55,226 bases of DNA from Octopus bimaculoides (GCF_001194135.2 NC_068984.1:9610234-9665459); one strand, 5' to 3'; shown: positions 11,721-24,330, counted from the stretch's first letter. The notes: generated by a model not told the origin, from the sequence alone. Made by a program: numbers and translations.

Positions 11721-12446
11721 ATACACATTTATATACACATAAAAGGAGGGGCGATTTTATGATAAAAGACATGTTATAAGTTATGAACTTCTCCACTGCA
11801 TTTACAATGAATGCCATAATTTTTCTTTCTCGCACCTTTTGAAAATCTTCACTTCTCTTTAAAACTGTTTCACTTCCGGACTGCAAAACTCTTTCCGGAA
11901 GTACTTCTGTTTTGCCACCATAACATACATGCGCATTATCACACACAGACTCACACACTTATACATAGAGATACATTGTATTTGTTCCGTTATTGGTAGG
12001 AACAACAAGAAGACGTACGACGACATCGAATGAGGGTTAAATCTCATTTAATATACACAATCATGTTATATGAATCAGTCATCTATTGCGTTTCCATAGC
12101 GTGAAACAGATGGTAGCTCAAATCTAAATACTGTGTTTATTAAATTCTGTGTGTCCATGTATGTGTGTGTGCATGTATGTGTGTGTGCGTGTGTGTGTGT
12201 GCGTGTGTGTGTTTGTGTGTGTGTGTCTGTCTGTCTGTCTATCTGTGTGTGTGTGTCTGTGTCTGTGTGTGTGTGTGTCTGTCTGTATGTGTCTGTGTAT
12301 CTGTGTCTATGTGTCTGTGTCTCTGTGTCAGTATGTGTGTGTGTCTGTATGTGTGTGTGTTCGCGCGTGTGTTTGTGTGTCGGGGGGCGTATTTATGTAT
12401 GTATGTATGTATGTATGTATGCATGCATGTATGTATGTATGTATGT

Positions 12447-13627
12447 CCTTGTTCAGTTTTATTTCAAGACTTCTCGCCAAAAGAGAAAGAGCCGGTTTCT
12501 AACCTAGATCCAAGGCTCCTTCTTTAGAATTTCAACATCAACAACCGGGTATTTTTGCTTGTATGTATATGTGCAGATTTGTATGTATTCCCATGCATAT
12601 AGCTACATATCTAGACATGCTCATATATATTTAAATGATAAACTTCTGGAAAGTTTTACAGATTTTTACTGTTCCAGTGATGGATTGGATCTGTAGTCTT
12701 CGAATCAGCTTTCTCCTTTCTGGTTTTGAGAAGCCTAATTTCTCAAGATTGATATTTAAGCAGTGTGTTATGTATCCCAGGGACCCAATAATTACATGTA
12801 TAAACCTGAACTTGTAACCTGGATAGAGTAACTGCAGATTTCTCAATAGTTCAGCGTAGGTATTCTCTTTTTCACTGATCTTCAGCTTCATGTCAACATC
12901 CGCTGGGCAGCTAATCTCCACAACTGTGCACAGTTTCTCTTCTCTATCCTAAATCATTATCTCAAGTCTGTTGTGCTTACATTTTATTGAGGTCTTCACT
13001 GGTACATTCCACCACTACTCCTTTTTATTATGAGTGGTTATAGCTTCTACCATACTGTGGGTTCTTATTTCTTTGTCCTCGGGATTATCCTTCCGACGGA
13101 TTTCATTATAGAGTGCCCTAGCTACAACATCATGTCTCATCGTTAGATAATACCGTGATGACATTTTCGGACAACAGCTTATGATGTGGGTGATATCTTC
13201 GGTGTTAATTCCACAAAGTCTGCATCGGTTGTCACATTTTACTGCTTTTCCTACATATCTGTCCTTTTTGTGCAGCAGGTATTTGGTTGATATTTCCTCT
13301 TCCTGGATTGCAAACGCGTATACTTCAATGTGGGAGGTAATAATCTGACTATTGGCCCATGATAGGCTGTTTTGATGATCAATGTTACTATCATCTCAGA
13401 GTTTTCTACTAACATATCTATGCAAAGTCTTCTGCTCTTATATCCTCAGCCTTTCATCTGATGATACGTTGCAGCAGAGTCGTGCGACGTTTTTGGCAAT
13501 GTATTTAAGGTTATCAGACAAAGAGTGTTGCTCAAGGAGCTGCCTTCCAAGTCTTGTGATGTTATCAGCCTCATGTATGCAAACTTGGTCAAGGGATGCA
13601 CTTCGACACTCGGTGGTTAAAAGATGT
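12447..13627 (-). mobile_element. 5'-truncated RLE-type non-LTR retrotransposon (R4/Dong-like), decayed
   Basis: CRLCGINTEDITHIISCC zinc knuckle, MRHDVV (RHD motif), NRLEIMI*D (decayed PD motif), VEISCP...K...Y..L, stop at 12631, short 3' UTR; (TATG)n on both sides. Confidence 0.9.
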
Positions 13628-13964
13628 TATGTATGTATGTATGTATGTATGTATGTATGTATGTATGTATGTGTGCGTATGTGTGTGTGTCACGGTATCG
13701 ACTAGACTACCGGATATTGTTACACATCACTGGTGACATCGTCCATTGAATTGTTTTTCAGCTTTCGAATAATGCCATCCCGCTAGCGAGGCAAGCAGAC
13801 CAACGTTGCCCCTGATTATCCAAATTACATTCACGCGTTCATTGCAAATAGATGCAGCTTCTTTTATTTTTAATTCTTTCTCTTTTTGTTTTGTTTTGTT
13901 TGTTTGTTTTTTTAATCCTTTCCTTGAAACATTCATACGCCGAAATCGACGGGACTGACCGTCA

Positions 13965-14180
13965 TTAATGGTTTCTCATTTTGGCACCACGTTAGCAATT
14001 TCAGGGGAGGATGAAAGTAAATTACATTGACCCCAGTGCATAACTGGTACTTATTTTATCGACCCAGAAAGGATGAACGGCAAAGTTGACCTCGAAGGAA
14101 TTTGAACTCAGAACGTAAAGACGGACGAAATGCCGCTAAGCATTTTGTCCAACACACCAACGATTCTGCCAGCTCGTCTA
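13965..14180 (-). mobile_element. SINE family B
   Basis: Reverse complement of GAGCTGGCAGAATCGTT...TTCTGAGTTCAAATTCC...GTCAACTTTGCC.TTCATCCTTT...AAGTACCAG. Confidence 0.8.
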
Positions 14181-14561
14181 TCATTATTATTGCCCATTTT
14201 GCACAGGTTCCAACCCCTCAATAAAATTCTTGTCACTTACTCTTCTAACGACTTCACTTGAATAAAATAGTTTGTAAAATGGGAATATTATAAACATTTC
14301 CTGGCTGCGTTTCTAAATGGTTGCTTAATGGGATCTGACGAACATCAGGGTTTCATATTTGTTGTCGAGGTACTGGCGAGGATTCCGATAATAAACTTTC
14401 TGTCTGACCCATATATATATATTGATAGTAATGGTAAGACAACAAAAGAATGTAAGAGACCTCGATATTATGTAAATAGAGGAATTTCTCTAAATATAAT
14501 AAGTGACAATTATTCGGTAGCCATGATAAAACTCCGAGTTACGGAGTTTCATCATTATCAT

Positions 14562-14765
14562 CATCGTCGTCTTCGCTTAACGTCCACCTTCCATTCTGGC
14601 ATGGTTTGGACGCTTTGATAGGAGCTAGCAGAAGACTGCATCAGACTTCTGTGTCTGTTTCAGCACGGTTTTTACGGTTGGACGCCCTTCCTAACACCAA
14701 CCACCCAGCGGAATGGACAGAGTGCTTTTTACGTGGTACCAGCATTGGTAGGGTCACCAAGTAAC
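14562..14765 (-). mobile_element. RTE LINE 3' UTR fragment (family D)
   Basis: (CAT)n-CG..TTAACGTCC..TTCCAT...GGA(C/T)GCCCTTCCTAACACCAACCAC, shared with more than 12 copies. Confidence 0.75.
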
Positions 14766-15064
14766 TTGCAAGACAAAAGTCCTTTTAGAGGGGAGTGGGC
14801 ATTGGAGGAGGAGATCTTGTGTCAGATGATGAAAGGTTAGAGTGCGAGAAGGAGACAGAGAGAGAGAGAGAGAAACCGGTTCTTTCTCTATTGGCAAGAA
14901 ATTTTGAAATAAACTTAATAATAACATACATACATACATACATACATGCATGCATGCATACATGCATATACACATACATACATACATGCATACATACATA
15001 CATACATACATACATGCATGCATGCATACATACGTACATATGTGTATACATATATGTATGAATG

Positions 15065-15098
<34 letters not shown>

Positions 15099-15685
15099 CG
15101 TGTGTGTGTGTGTGTGTGTGTATGTGTGTATGCGTGTGTATGCATGTGTGTGTCTGTCTGTGTACATACGATTTAAAACTGTAATTGTCGTAGGTTTTGT
15201 AGCACCGTCAGTAGAAGATAGCTCCTTAAAAGGATGCAACTTGAGTGTTTTTCTTGGAAAGGGCAGTAGAATAAATGTTAGACTGAGTACGAAGGTCGAT
15301 TAAATTAAGTTAAGCTGTTTGAAAGTTGCACCTCGCTATGGCCACTTTTGGATATCCGAAATCTCTAAAAGAATAAATCAGTTTTCTTTTTGTTTTCGTA
15401 ATTTTTACACAAGGGAGTTAACTACGTATAATCTATCACCTCAATATTACAAAGTTACTTCCCTTGAAAGAAACTGCAGGAATCCATATCGGTAAAATAT
15501 GATAAAACATGATAAAGCTCACTCGTTAAACACGATAATATCACATAGACACATTTATAATCCATGTTTGATATCCACTTTCACGGAAATACTTTCTATA
15601 GAAAATTTTTAAAATCTCCAAGAGGGAGAAAGAGGAATATATAGCGAATAATATTGTATATGTTAGACTATAGCCATTATATTCT

Positions 15686-16183
15686 CTTTACTTACTTGTT
15701 TCAGTCATTTGACTGCGGCCATGCTGCAGCACCGCCTTTAGTCGAGTAAATCGACCCCAGGACTTATTCTTTGTAAGCCTAGTACCTATTCTATCGGTCT
15801 GTTTTGCCGAACCGCCAAGTTACGGGGACGTAAACACACCAGCATCGGTTGTCAAGCGATGTTGGNNNNNNNNNNNNNNNNNNNNNNNNNNNNNNNNNNN
15901 NNNNNNNNNNNNNNNNNNNNNNNNNNNNNNNNNNNNNNNNNNNNNNNNNNNNNNNNNNNNNNNNNNNNNNNNNNNNNNNNNNNNNNNNNNNNNNNNNNNN
16001 NNACACATATACATATATACGACGGGCTTCTTTCAGTTACCGTCTACCAGATCCACTCACAAGGCTTTGGTCGACCCGAGGCTATAGTAGAAGACACTTG
16101 CCCAAGGTTCTACGCAGTGGGACTGAACCTGGAACCATGTGGTTCGTAAGCAAGCTACTTACTACACAGCCACTCCTGCGCCT
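15686..16183 (-). mobile_element. Full composite SINE A (head + internal microsatellite in gap + tail)
   Basis: Tail 15686-15865 and head 16003-16183 flank an N gap; same architecture as the ungapped copy at 51604-51985. Confidence 0.85.
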
Positions 16184-16350
16184 ATGGTGATAGTTAGACC
16201 AAAACAAAAAATACCCACAAGTAATTGAACATCTATGTGGTCGATTGCTTTGGAAGAAATAGCAGTTATGTCTCTCACCTACAATAACGTCTCCTCTTAC
16301 GTCCAGTTTGTGATTACTTATGTAAAAAAATAATAATAATCTAGCTAGGA

Positions 16351-16910
16351 AGCTCAGGGCTAAAGGCAGAGAGTGAAGGCTTTATCTTGGCTGCTCGGAA
16401 CACTCAAGGTAATGTGATGAAAACTGGTGTAGGCCCAAAGTGCCGAGACTGCAACGATGGGACAGAAACAGTGGACCGCCAAATCTCTGGATGTAAGGTT
16501 TTAGCTCCTGTAGAGTACAAATTAAGACATGTCAGAGTTGGCCAACTGAATAATGTGTCGGCATTATAAAATCAAATGCTAACAAATGGTACAAGCACCA
16601 CCCCTAGGCTGTAACTGAAGGAGAAAATGTAACGATTCTTTGGGACTTTCCAGCATGTACAGATCGGACAATTAAAGGTAATAAACCAGATATTGTTGTA
16701 AAAGACCAAAACAATAAAATCTGTTTATTGAGTGGCATGACCATACCCTGTAACCATAATTCCCGGTAAAAGAATTTGATAAGCGCAGAAAATATAAAGA
16801 TTTGCTCATCGAAATCGAAAAAAATGCGGCATCTGAAGACGGTTACAATACTAGTGATTGTAGGAGCACTTGGAATGATAAGAAAAGGAACTGAAAATTA
16901 TTTAAGAATG
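16351..16910 (+). mobile_element. Second RLE-type (R4/Dong-like) retroelement C-terminal fragment, decayed
   Basis: GLKAESEGFILAA...KCRDCNDGTETVDRQISGC...LRH; ILWDF...NKPDIVVKD...KYKDLLIEIEK...VIVGALGMI. Confidence 0.85.
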
Positions 16911-17033
16911 TAGGCGTAGGAATGGCTGTGTGGTAAGTAGCTTGCTTACCAACCATATGGTTCCGGGTTCAGTCCCACTGCGTGGCACCTTGGGCAAGTG
17001 TCTTTGACTATAGCCTCGGGCCGACCAAAGCCT
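16911..17033 (+). mobile_element. SINE family A head
   Basis: GGCGTAGGAATGGCTGTGTGGTAAGTAGCTTGCTTACCAACC...GGTTCAGTCCC. Confidence 0.85.
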
Positions 17034-17337
17034 TTGTTCCAACCATGGCTGCCTCTGTGTAGTTATTTGTGTTGTTGTTTACTTTTTAAAATAGTAAGGG
17101 GAGAGGGTTACTAGCACATCACTCTCTACCCACATTTCCCCATCCACATCTCTGCCATATGGGGCCCTAACAAAATCCGATAATAGGTATAGATGCAAAT
17201 CTATCTAATTACTTGTCTCCTTCTAAAATCAGGCATAACTTGGTGGCGATCGGTCGACTTACAACACCGTTCTTCGCCTTGAGTTTACTTGGTAGACTGT
17301 GTGTGTTAACTTGACAACAAGTTCAAGGTGAGCTCTG

Positions 17338-17354
17338 ATTGGCTGTATGCAAAT
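17338..17354. promoter_or_regulatory. CCAAT box adjacent to an octamer (ATGCAAAT)
   Basis: ATTGG at 17338-17342 and ATGCAAAT at 17347-17354 in non-repetitive sequence; minus-strand GTAAGT donor at 17262. Confidence 0.3.
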
Positions 17355-18255
17355 GAATTCATTACTGGAGTCCGGAACTCTCGTGGGGGAAAAAAATATT
17401 TTCGCAGACTTCAGCTGTCACCAACGATGCGTTGTTAATTTCTTTTTTTTTTTTTCCTTCTTAAGACAGTATTGTATGTTCTGAAGGGCGATTGACTGTT
17501 ATTTCTAGCAAGTCGAGTGACTGTATAGAGGTTCCCTGTTGTCCCATGTGTTATTCATTACCAACGATAAATATCTCAGCGACCTCTTTTCTTAATGGAG
17601 TTTCCCTTACCAAGGGAGACAACTACTTAACCAATAAATTTATTTTTATTTCCCTTACATAAATTTGTAAATTACATGCGTTTTAATAAACACGAAACTA
17701 ATATTTATATTTTCTAAAGGCTTTAGTGAGAGGAAGAAGGAACAGCATCCGAGACAGGGAGTCGTAAGATAGGAAGTTATAAGCAAGCCAGTAACCAGGG
17801 TGAAATGCCAGCAATAGGAGAGATTCCGTTACAGCCAGAAGTCAGGTGACGGCGTTAAACCGAGAGACTGATGGAGTTTGCGATTTAAAATACAAGAACG
17901 GGTCTCTCTGACGAGCTTCCATACAATTTCTCACCACCACTACCACCACCATCATCATCATCACCATCATTTTACATCAGCTTTCCTGGTTGGTTTAACA
18001 GGATTCGAGTTCGTTCTTATTGAAGTTACAGCTCTTTCGCTTGGATCAGAGGACCACGTCTTCCCCAAACACCTCCAAGGTCTCTACAGCTGGATGACCT
18101 TCCTAACACCAAACACTTTACCAAGTGTATTAGTTGCATATTTCATCAAAGCATTACAGAGTTTGCTTTCTAACTCTCAAAACTAAAGAGTTCTCATGAG
18201 TGACAACAAGAATAGGAGAACGGGGGACAGACCGGACAATATTTGTGTGGGGGAA

Positions 18256-18660
18256 GGCGGCGAGCTGGCAGAAACGTTAGCACGCAGGGCGAAATGCTTA
18301 GCGGTATTTCGTCTGCTACTACGTTCTGAGTTCAAATTCCGCCGGGGTCGGTAAATAAGTACCAGTTACGCACTGGGGTCGATATAATCGACTTAATCCG
18401 TTTGTCTGTCCTTGTTTGTCCCCTCTATGTTTAGCCCCCTGTGGGCAGTAAAGAAATAAGAAACGTTAGCATGCCAGGCGAAATGCTTAGCGGCATTTCG
18501 TCTGTCTTTACGTTCTGAGCTCAAATTCCACTGCAGTTGACTTTGTCTTTCATCCTTTCGGGGTCAATAAATTAAGTACCAGTTGCGCACTGGAGTCGAT
18601 CTAATTGACTGACCCCTTCCCCCGAAAATTCCAGGTCTTGTGCCAAGCGTAGAAAAGAAT
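18256..18660 (+). mobile_element. SINE family B dimer
   Basis: Two head-to-tail units with different tails; A-box-like TGGCAGAAACG and B box GAGTTCAAATTCC. Confidence 0.85.
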
Positions 18661-20098
18661 ATTTGTATGGGAGGAATGTGTGTGTGTGTGTGAGTGCATG
18701 TGTGTGCATAAATTTGCATATTTATTTGAAAGATGAAGAGAAACAGAAGAAAGATAAAAGAGTAATATTTATCTTATTACATTTTTAATGAAGCGATTTA
18801 CTTTTTTCTTTGCCAAATCTGTTTTCCTGTATAGCAATTCCACCAAAAATATCTCAAAGAATTCAAAACAGAGTTTGATATCAATCTTTTCCAGCAGACA
18901 ATCAGTCTTTTCCAGCCACTCACACAGAAGTATGTGGTCCAGACACGCCCAAGCATTCTCATTCATTCTTAAATATACTTAAGTTACATATTTTCCTACA
19001 TACAATCCAATATTCAGCAGATCAGGTCATGTCCATTTCCAAAGAAATAATCTGATTAAAATATAATAAAGATACATTAACATAGAGTCATTTCTTGTAT
19101 GTAATCCTAAAGCTGGTTCAGACAATGAGACTATAATAAGATTTGGTTAAATAACGAAGAGATAAAGAAGGATATTATGTTAGAGGATTGCTTTATGTAA
19201 CTTAAACAGCTGATATCATAGCAATGGAAGTAGGATTTTCATTCTGCTATCTTCTTTTATTTGCTTCAGCCATTGGCCTGTGGCCATGCTGGTGCAATGC
19301 TCTGAAATGTTTTAATTGAATAAATCAACTCCACTGATTTATTTAATTTTTACATAAGGGGGTGTTGAGAAGGGTGGAGGTAAAGGACATAGACATGGAC
19401 TACACTCCACTTTGGTTTTTTGGGGGAGCGGGGCGTGGGGTGGGGTTCTACAGAAGCCTACTTTTTCAACTGTGGAGATTCCGAATCTGCAAAAAATAAA
19501 TCAGCATTTCAAAATTTTAATTTCAACCACATGTTCACTTTCTATCACAGATGCCCTGGCAGAGGGGAGGGGTGTTTCTTTATATATTTATTTTTGAAAA
19601 ATTGAAATTTTACAAAATTTTATTTTCAGAATCATAATCTCTATATTTTTCTACATATTTCACAAAAAAAATTTCTAAAAAACGGGAAAAATGAAGAAAT
19701 TGGGTTGGGGTGCGGGAGAGATTTAAATTTTGAAATGTCGNNNNNNNNNNNNNNNNNNNNNNNNNNNNNNNNNNNNNNNNNNNNNNNNNNNNNNNNNNNN
19801 NNNNNNNNNNNNNNNNNNNNNNNNNNNNNNNNNNNNNNNNNNNNNNNNNNNNNNNNNNNNNNNNNNNNNNNNNNNNNNNNNNNNNNNNNNNNNNNNNNNN
19901 NNNNNNNNNNNNNNNNNNNNNNNNNNNNNNNNNNNNNNNNNNNNNNNNNNNNNNNNNNNNNNNNATAAGTGTGTGAATCTGAGAGGAGAATATGTTGAAT
20001 AAAATCATAATTAACTTATCTTTCTCTATTTTGGTTGATGGAAAGCCTTGTGAGTGGATTTGGTTGATGGAAACTGAAAGAAGCTCGTAGTATATATA

Positions 20099-20868
20099 TG
20101 TCAGAGATTTCGACTCAAAACTGAACCCAAATCTCTCAGCTCACAACTCGACCTCAGAGGAAAATGTTTCCCACGGTCAAAAGTTTAGTTTCCCAGCAAA
20201 AGACCACACATTCAAAACTAAGGAAATTCACCATAGATAATAAATGTCAAGGAAAATGTTTGGCTAAAATTAACGGCCAAAACACTTGACCTTCGACACC
20301 ATAAATCAAGGGAACTTTAGCCAGACATAACTTGACTTGTCAGTGCTGTGACCACCAAATGTTATAAATAGAGAGACATTTGGTCAAGAAGTCAGTGGCT
20401 GGCACGGCCGCATACGCTACGCAAGGATGATCATCTGTCTAATTAAGACGTCCTTGACTGCTGACTACTACAACTAACCCAAGAGCACGCATCGCTACAA
20501 CAACTGTTATACAAGTAAGGTTCTTTTGTACACAAACGCTTTGTCTCTTCAAGCACGCGAAAACACATAGATACACAAACAACAATTTATACATCACAAA
20601 TACCACAACTGAACTTGCTTCTTGTAAACACCTTTTTTATTTATTATTGTTTACCTACTGTGATATAGCAAATGTTACCATTTTAATAAATAACTTATAA
20701 TGCATCCTAAAAGCTTTGTCAACTTAATGTTCTACACCACATTCAACCAATTCTACACCTGATTATAAACAAGAGAGACATCAAAACAGTATAGTCAGCA
20801 AACACATAAGTTGAACATCGGCTTCCTCCGTGGCAGAAACCAAATACCTTATATCTGGTGAGCCCGTC

Positions 20869-20870
<2 letters not shown>
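20099..20870 (+). mobile_element. LTR plus primer-binding-site remnant nested in a SINE A copy
   Basis: TGTCAG... start at 20099, TATAAATA at 20363, AATAAA at 20685, ends ...CCTTATA at 20853, then TC-TGGTGAGCCCGTCGT (similar to a tRNA-Trp-type PBS). Confidence 0.6.
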
Positions 20871-20953
<83 letters not shown>

Positions 20954-21165
20954 TGTGTGTCTGTGTTTGTCCCCCAACATAGCTTGACAACCGATGCTGG
21001 TGTGTTTACATCCCTGTTACTTAGTGGTTTGGCAAAAGGGATCGATAGAATAAGTACTAGGCTTACAAAGGATAAGCTCTGGGGTCGATTTGCTCGACTA
21101 AAGGCAGTGCTCCAGCATGGCTGCAGTCAAATGACTGAAACAAGTAAAAGAATAAAAGAATCCTG
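20861..21165 (+). mobile_element. SINE A microsatellite and tail (head fragment at 20044-20098)
   Basis: AGCCCGTCGTATAT(GT)n...GCTTGACAACCGATGCTGG...GACTGAAACAAGTAAAAG. Confidence 0.8.
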
Positions 21166-21758
21166 AAATATAACAATATTTGTTTCAACACACGGTTTCA
21201 CATCAAGAATCTTACAAAACAAACACATAAATGGAGAGGGTGAGAGAGATATATAGATAGATAGATAGATATATAGATAGATAGAGAGGGGGGGGGGTTA
21301 ATTACCAGTTACAGAACAAAACAAACCATTTGTAGCAAATATATTGTTAGTATTTATTTGCTAATTATTAAAACAAATTAATTTAACACCAGTCATTTGC
21401 ATTTTCTGAGTATGAAACATTTTCAAGTAAGTCATATCATCACCATTTATTGTTATATTTGTAAATAGATGTGTGTGAAGAAAGAGCAGCGTGTTTAATA
21501 ACTTTGTAATTAAAAAGAGAAGGAAAAAAGAGACAAACAGACAGACAGGAAAAGAGAGAGAGAGGAAGTACGAGAGCATGAATTATTCACAGCAATTGCC
21601 TTTGCACATCTGATAATTATGTGTGTGTCTAGTGTATAGGTGGGGAGGTGTGGTCCAGTTCTGTGTCTCTCATAAGAAGGGGAAGCCCATGAGATTTATA
21701 AACGGTACAGAGAAATTGACCTATTTGTAAAAAGTACAGACATATTTAACCCGTTAAA

Positions 21759-22570
21759 GGTGGCGAGCTGGCAGAAACGTTAGCATGCCGGGCGAAATGC
21801 TTAGCGGTATTTCGTCTGACGTTATGTTCTGAATTCAAATTCCGCCGAGGCCGACTTTGCTTTTCATCCTTTCAGGGTCGATAAATTAAGTACCAGTTAA
21901 GCACTGGGGCCGATGTAATCGACTTAATCCCTTTATCTGTCCTTGTTTCTCCCCTCTATGTTTAGTCCCTTGTGGGCAATATAGAAATAAGAAACGTTAG
22001 CACACTGGGTGAAATTCTTAGCAGTATTTCACCCAACGCTACGTTCTGAGTTCAAATTCCACCGAGGTCGACTTTGCTTGTTTATCCTTTCGGGGTCAAT
22101 AAATTAAGTACCAGTTGCATACTGGGGTCAATCTAACTGACTGGACCCCCACCCCAAAAAATTTGGGGCTTTGTGCCCAGAGTAGAAAAGAATATTTTAG
22201 GTCCGTAAGGCGTCGAGCTGGCAGAAACGTCAGCACGCCGGGCGAAATGCTTAGCGGTATTTCGTCTGTCTTTACGTTCTGAGTTCAAATTCCACCGAGG
22301 TCGACTTTGCCTGTTCATCCTTTTGGGGTCGATGAAATAAGTACCAGTTATGCACTGGGGTTGATATAGTCGACTTAATCTGTTTGTCCCCTCTGCGTGT
22401 AGCCCCTTGTGGGCAGTAAAGAAATAAGAAATGTTAGCATGCCGGGCAAAATGCTTAGTGGTATTTTGTCTCTCTTTATGTTCTGAGTTCAAATTCTGCC
22501 GAGGTCAACTTTGCCTGTTCATCCTTTCAGGGTCAATAAATTAAGCACCAGTTGTGTACTGGGGTTGATC
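21759..22570 (+). mobile_element. Tandem array of SINE B (two dimers, 4 units)
   Basis: Repeated heads (AAACGTTAGCA...GAAATGCTTAG) at about 21776, 21990, 22226 and 22428. Confidence 0.88.
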
Positions 22571-22710
22571 TCATATATTCCTAACACTAGCTTAATGATA
22601 ATTAAGTTATTTTACTAAATTCTTTGTTATATTTAAAGTAATTGAAAGAAACACAGAGCATCTCATCAGATAAATTTGGTAAGAAAAGGGTTAACAAATG
22701 AGTAATTTAA

Positions 22711-22931
22711 CCCTTTCGACACCAGCCCGACTGAAACCACCTCTGGCTCTGCAGTACAAATGTCTTGTTTCCAAAAGTTTTGAATTAAAATCTTCCACCA
22801 AACCTTAGTCACAATTTATGTTCCTAACACTAGCTTAATGATAACTAAATTATTTTACTAAATTCTTTGTTATATTTAAAGTAATTGAAAGAAACACAGG
22901 GCATCTCAACAGAAATATGGTAACGAAAGGA
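22711..22931. mobile_element. piggyBac-type MITE (partial second copy at 22577-22690)
   Basis: TTAA|CCCTTTCG...CGAAAGG(A)|TTAA: CCC-starting terminal inverted repeats with TTAA target sites. Confidence 0.8.
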
Positions 22932-23739
22932 TTAAATAAAAATGTTCTGTTAAAGAGCTGGGGACAGTCTCAGGTGGATTAGTGTGGAAAGAATTAAACT
23001 GATGGATTACTAACCTAAGGTTTATTAGTTCAAAACTGACCCATAGACATTGCCATGGGTCCTAATACTCTAAAGCCAAGTTTTCTAACTGGTAGAGTTA
23101 ATCTAACTAAAAATGATTACCTCCCATATTTCACAGCTGAGTGAATTAGCAATACAATGAATATTTTTATAGTACAAAACTTGCTCCATTTTCATGTAGA
23201 TTTCCATATTTCAAGAGATGTCTAACCTATTTTCTTTATTTATCTCCGTAATGAGATGTACAATGATTAAGGAATTCATTAATATTCTAAATGAAGAAAA
23301 ATCTAATTCCCATCTCGGAATAATACATCGGTTTATCACAGATTTTTACCCATGGGAAATACAAAAGAATATAAGAAAGATATCTAATGAAAAATAATAA
23401 TACGAATAATCACAAATGAATAAAGACATTGCAAAGTTATAAATACACCTGAGTGTGATTGTATACACCATCATCATCATCATCATCATCATTTAACATC
23501 TGCTTTTCATGCTGGCATGGATTGGACCGTTTGACAGGAGATGTTATAGGCAGAAGACAGCACCAGGCTTCAGTGTCTGTTTTGGCATGGTTTTTATGGC
23601 TGNNNNNNNNNNCGCCTACCAAATTCAATCACAAAGCTTTGGTCAGCCTGAGGCTATAGCAGAAGACACCAGCTCAAGGTGCCACACAGTGGGACTGAAC
23701 CTGAAACCATGTAGCTGGGAAGCAAGCTTCCTAACCACA

Positions 23740-24330
23740 CAGCCAGTGCCACCTGACTGGCTCCCATGTTGGTGGCACATAAAAAGTACTATTCAATTGT
23801 GATCAGTGCCAGTGCCACCTGATTGGCTCCCATGCCAGTGACACATAGAAAGCACCATTCAAGCATGGTCAATACCAGTGCTGCCTGACTTGCTCCCATG
23901 CTGGTGACACATAAAAAGTACTATTCGAATGTGGTCAGTGCCAGTGCCACCTGAATGGCCCCCATGCCAGTGACACATAAAGAGCACCGACTACACTCCC
24001 GGAGTGAAAGGGCATCCAGCTGTAGAAACCTTGCCAGATCAGATTGGAGCCTGGTGCAGCCTCCTGGCTTGCCAGTCCTCAATCAATCCGTCCAACCCAT
24101 GCCAGCATGGAAAGTGGACGTTAAACGATGATGATGAGGAGGTGGATATTGTGGGGGGGGGGATGAAGTGGTGAGAAAGGATCTTCAGATGCTGGGCCTC
24201 ACTGAGAAAATGACAAGAAACTGGGAGATGTGACAATTTGCTGTATTTGATAAGACGTGTCAAGCTAAACAAAATTGTGTTAGACACCGCTGGCCATGAT
24301 GCACTTTGCATCATTTTAGCTTTCAAATGA
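23740..24330 (+). mobile_element. RTE LINE 3' UTR with internal tandem repeats, plus an adjacent ORF-end fragment
   Basis: About 50-65-bp GTGCCAGTGCCACCTGA... units ending AACG(ATG)n at about 24140; 24160-24280 encodes EVVRKDLQMLGLTEKMT...QAK. Confidence 0.75.

Noticed and set aside
12133-12527. CV/YI/HT/MYV-repeat ORFs (also 7352-8051, 14754-15303, 20781-21166 and others)
   Set aside because: They are translations of (TG)n, (TA)n and (TATG)n microsatellites.
18769-18966. 65-aa ORF MNENAWACLDHILLCEW...
   Set aside because: It looks protein-like but is short, with no splice or homology support; ORFs of this length arise by chance.
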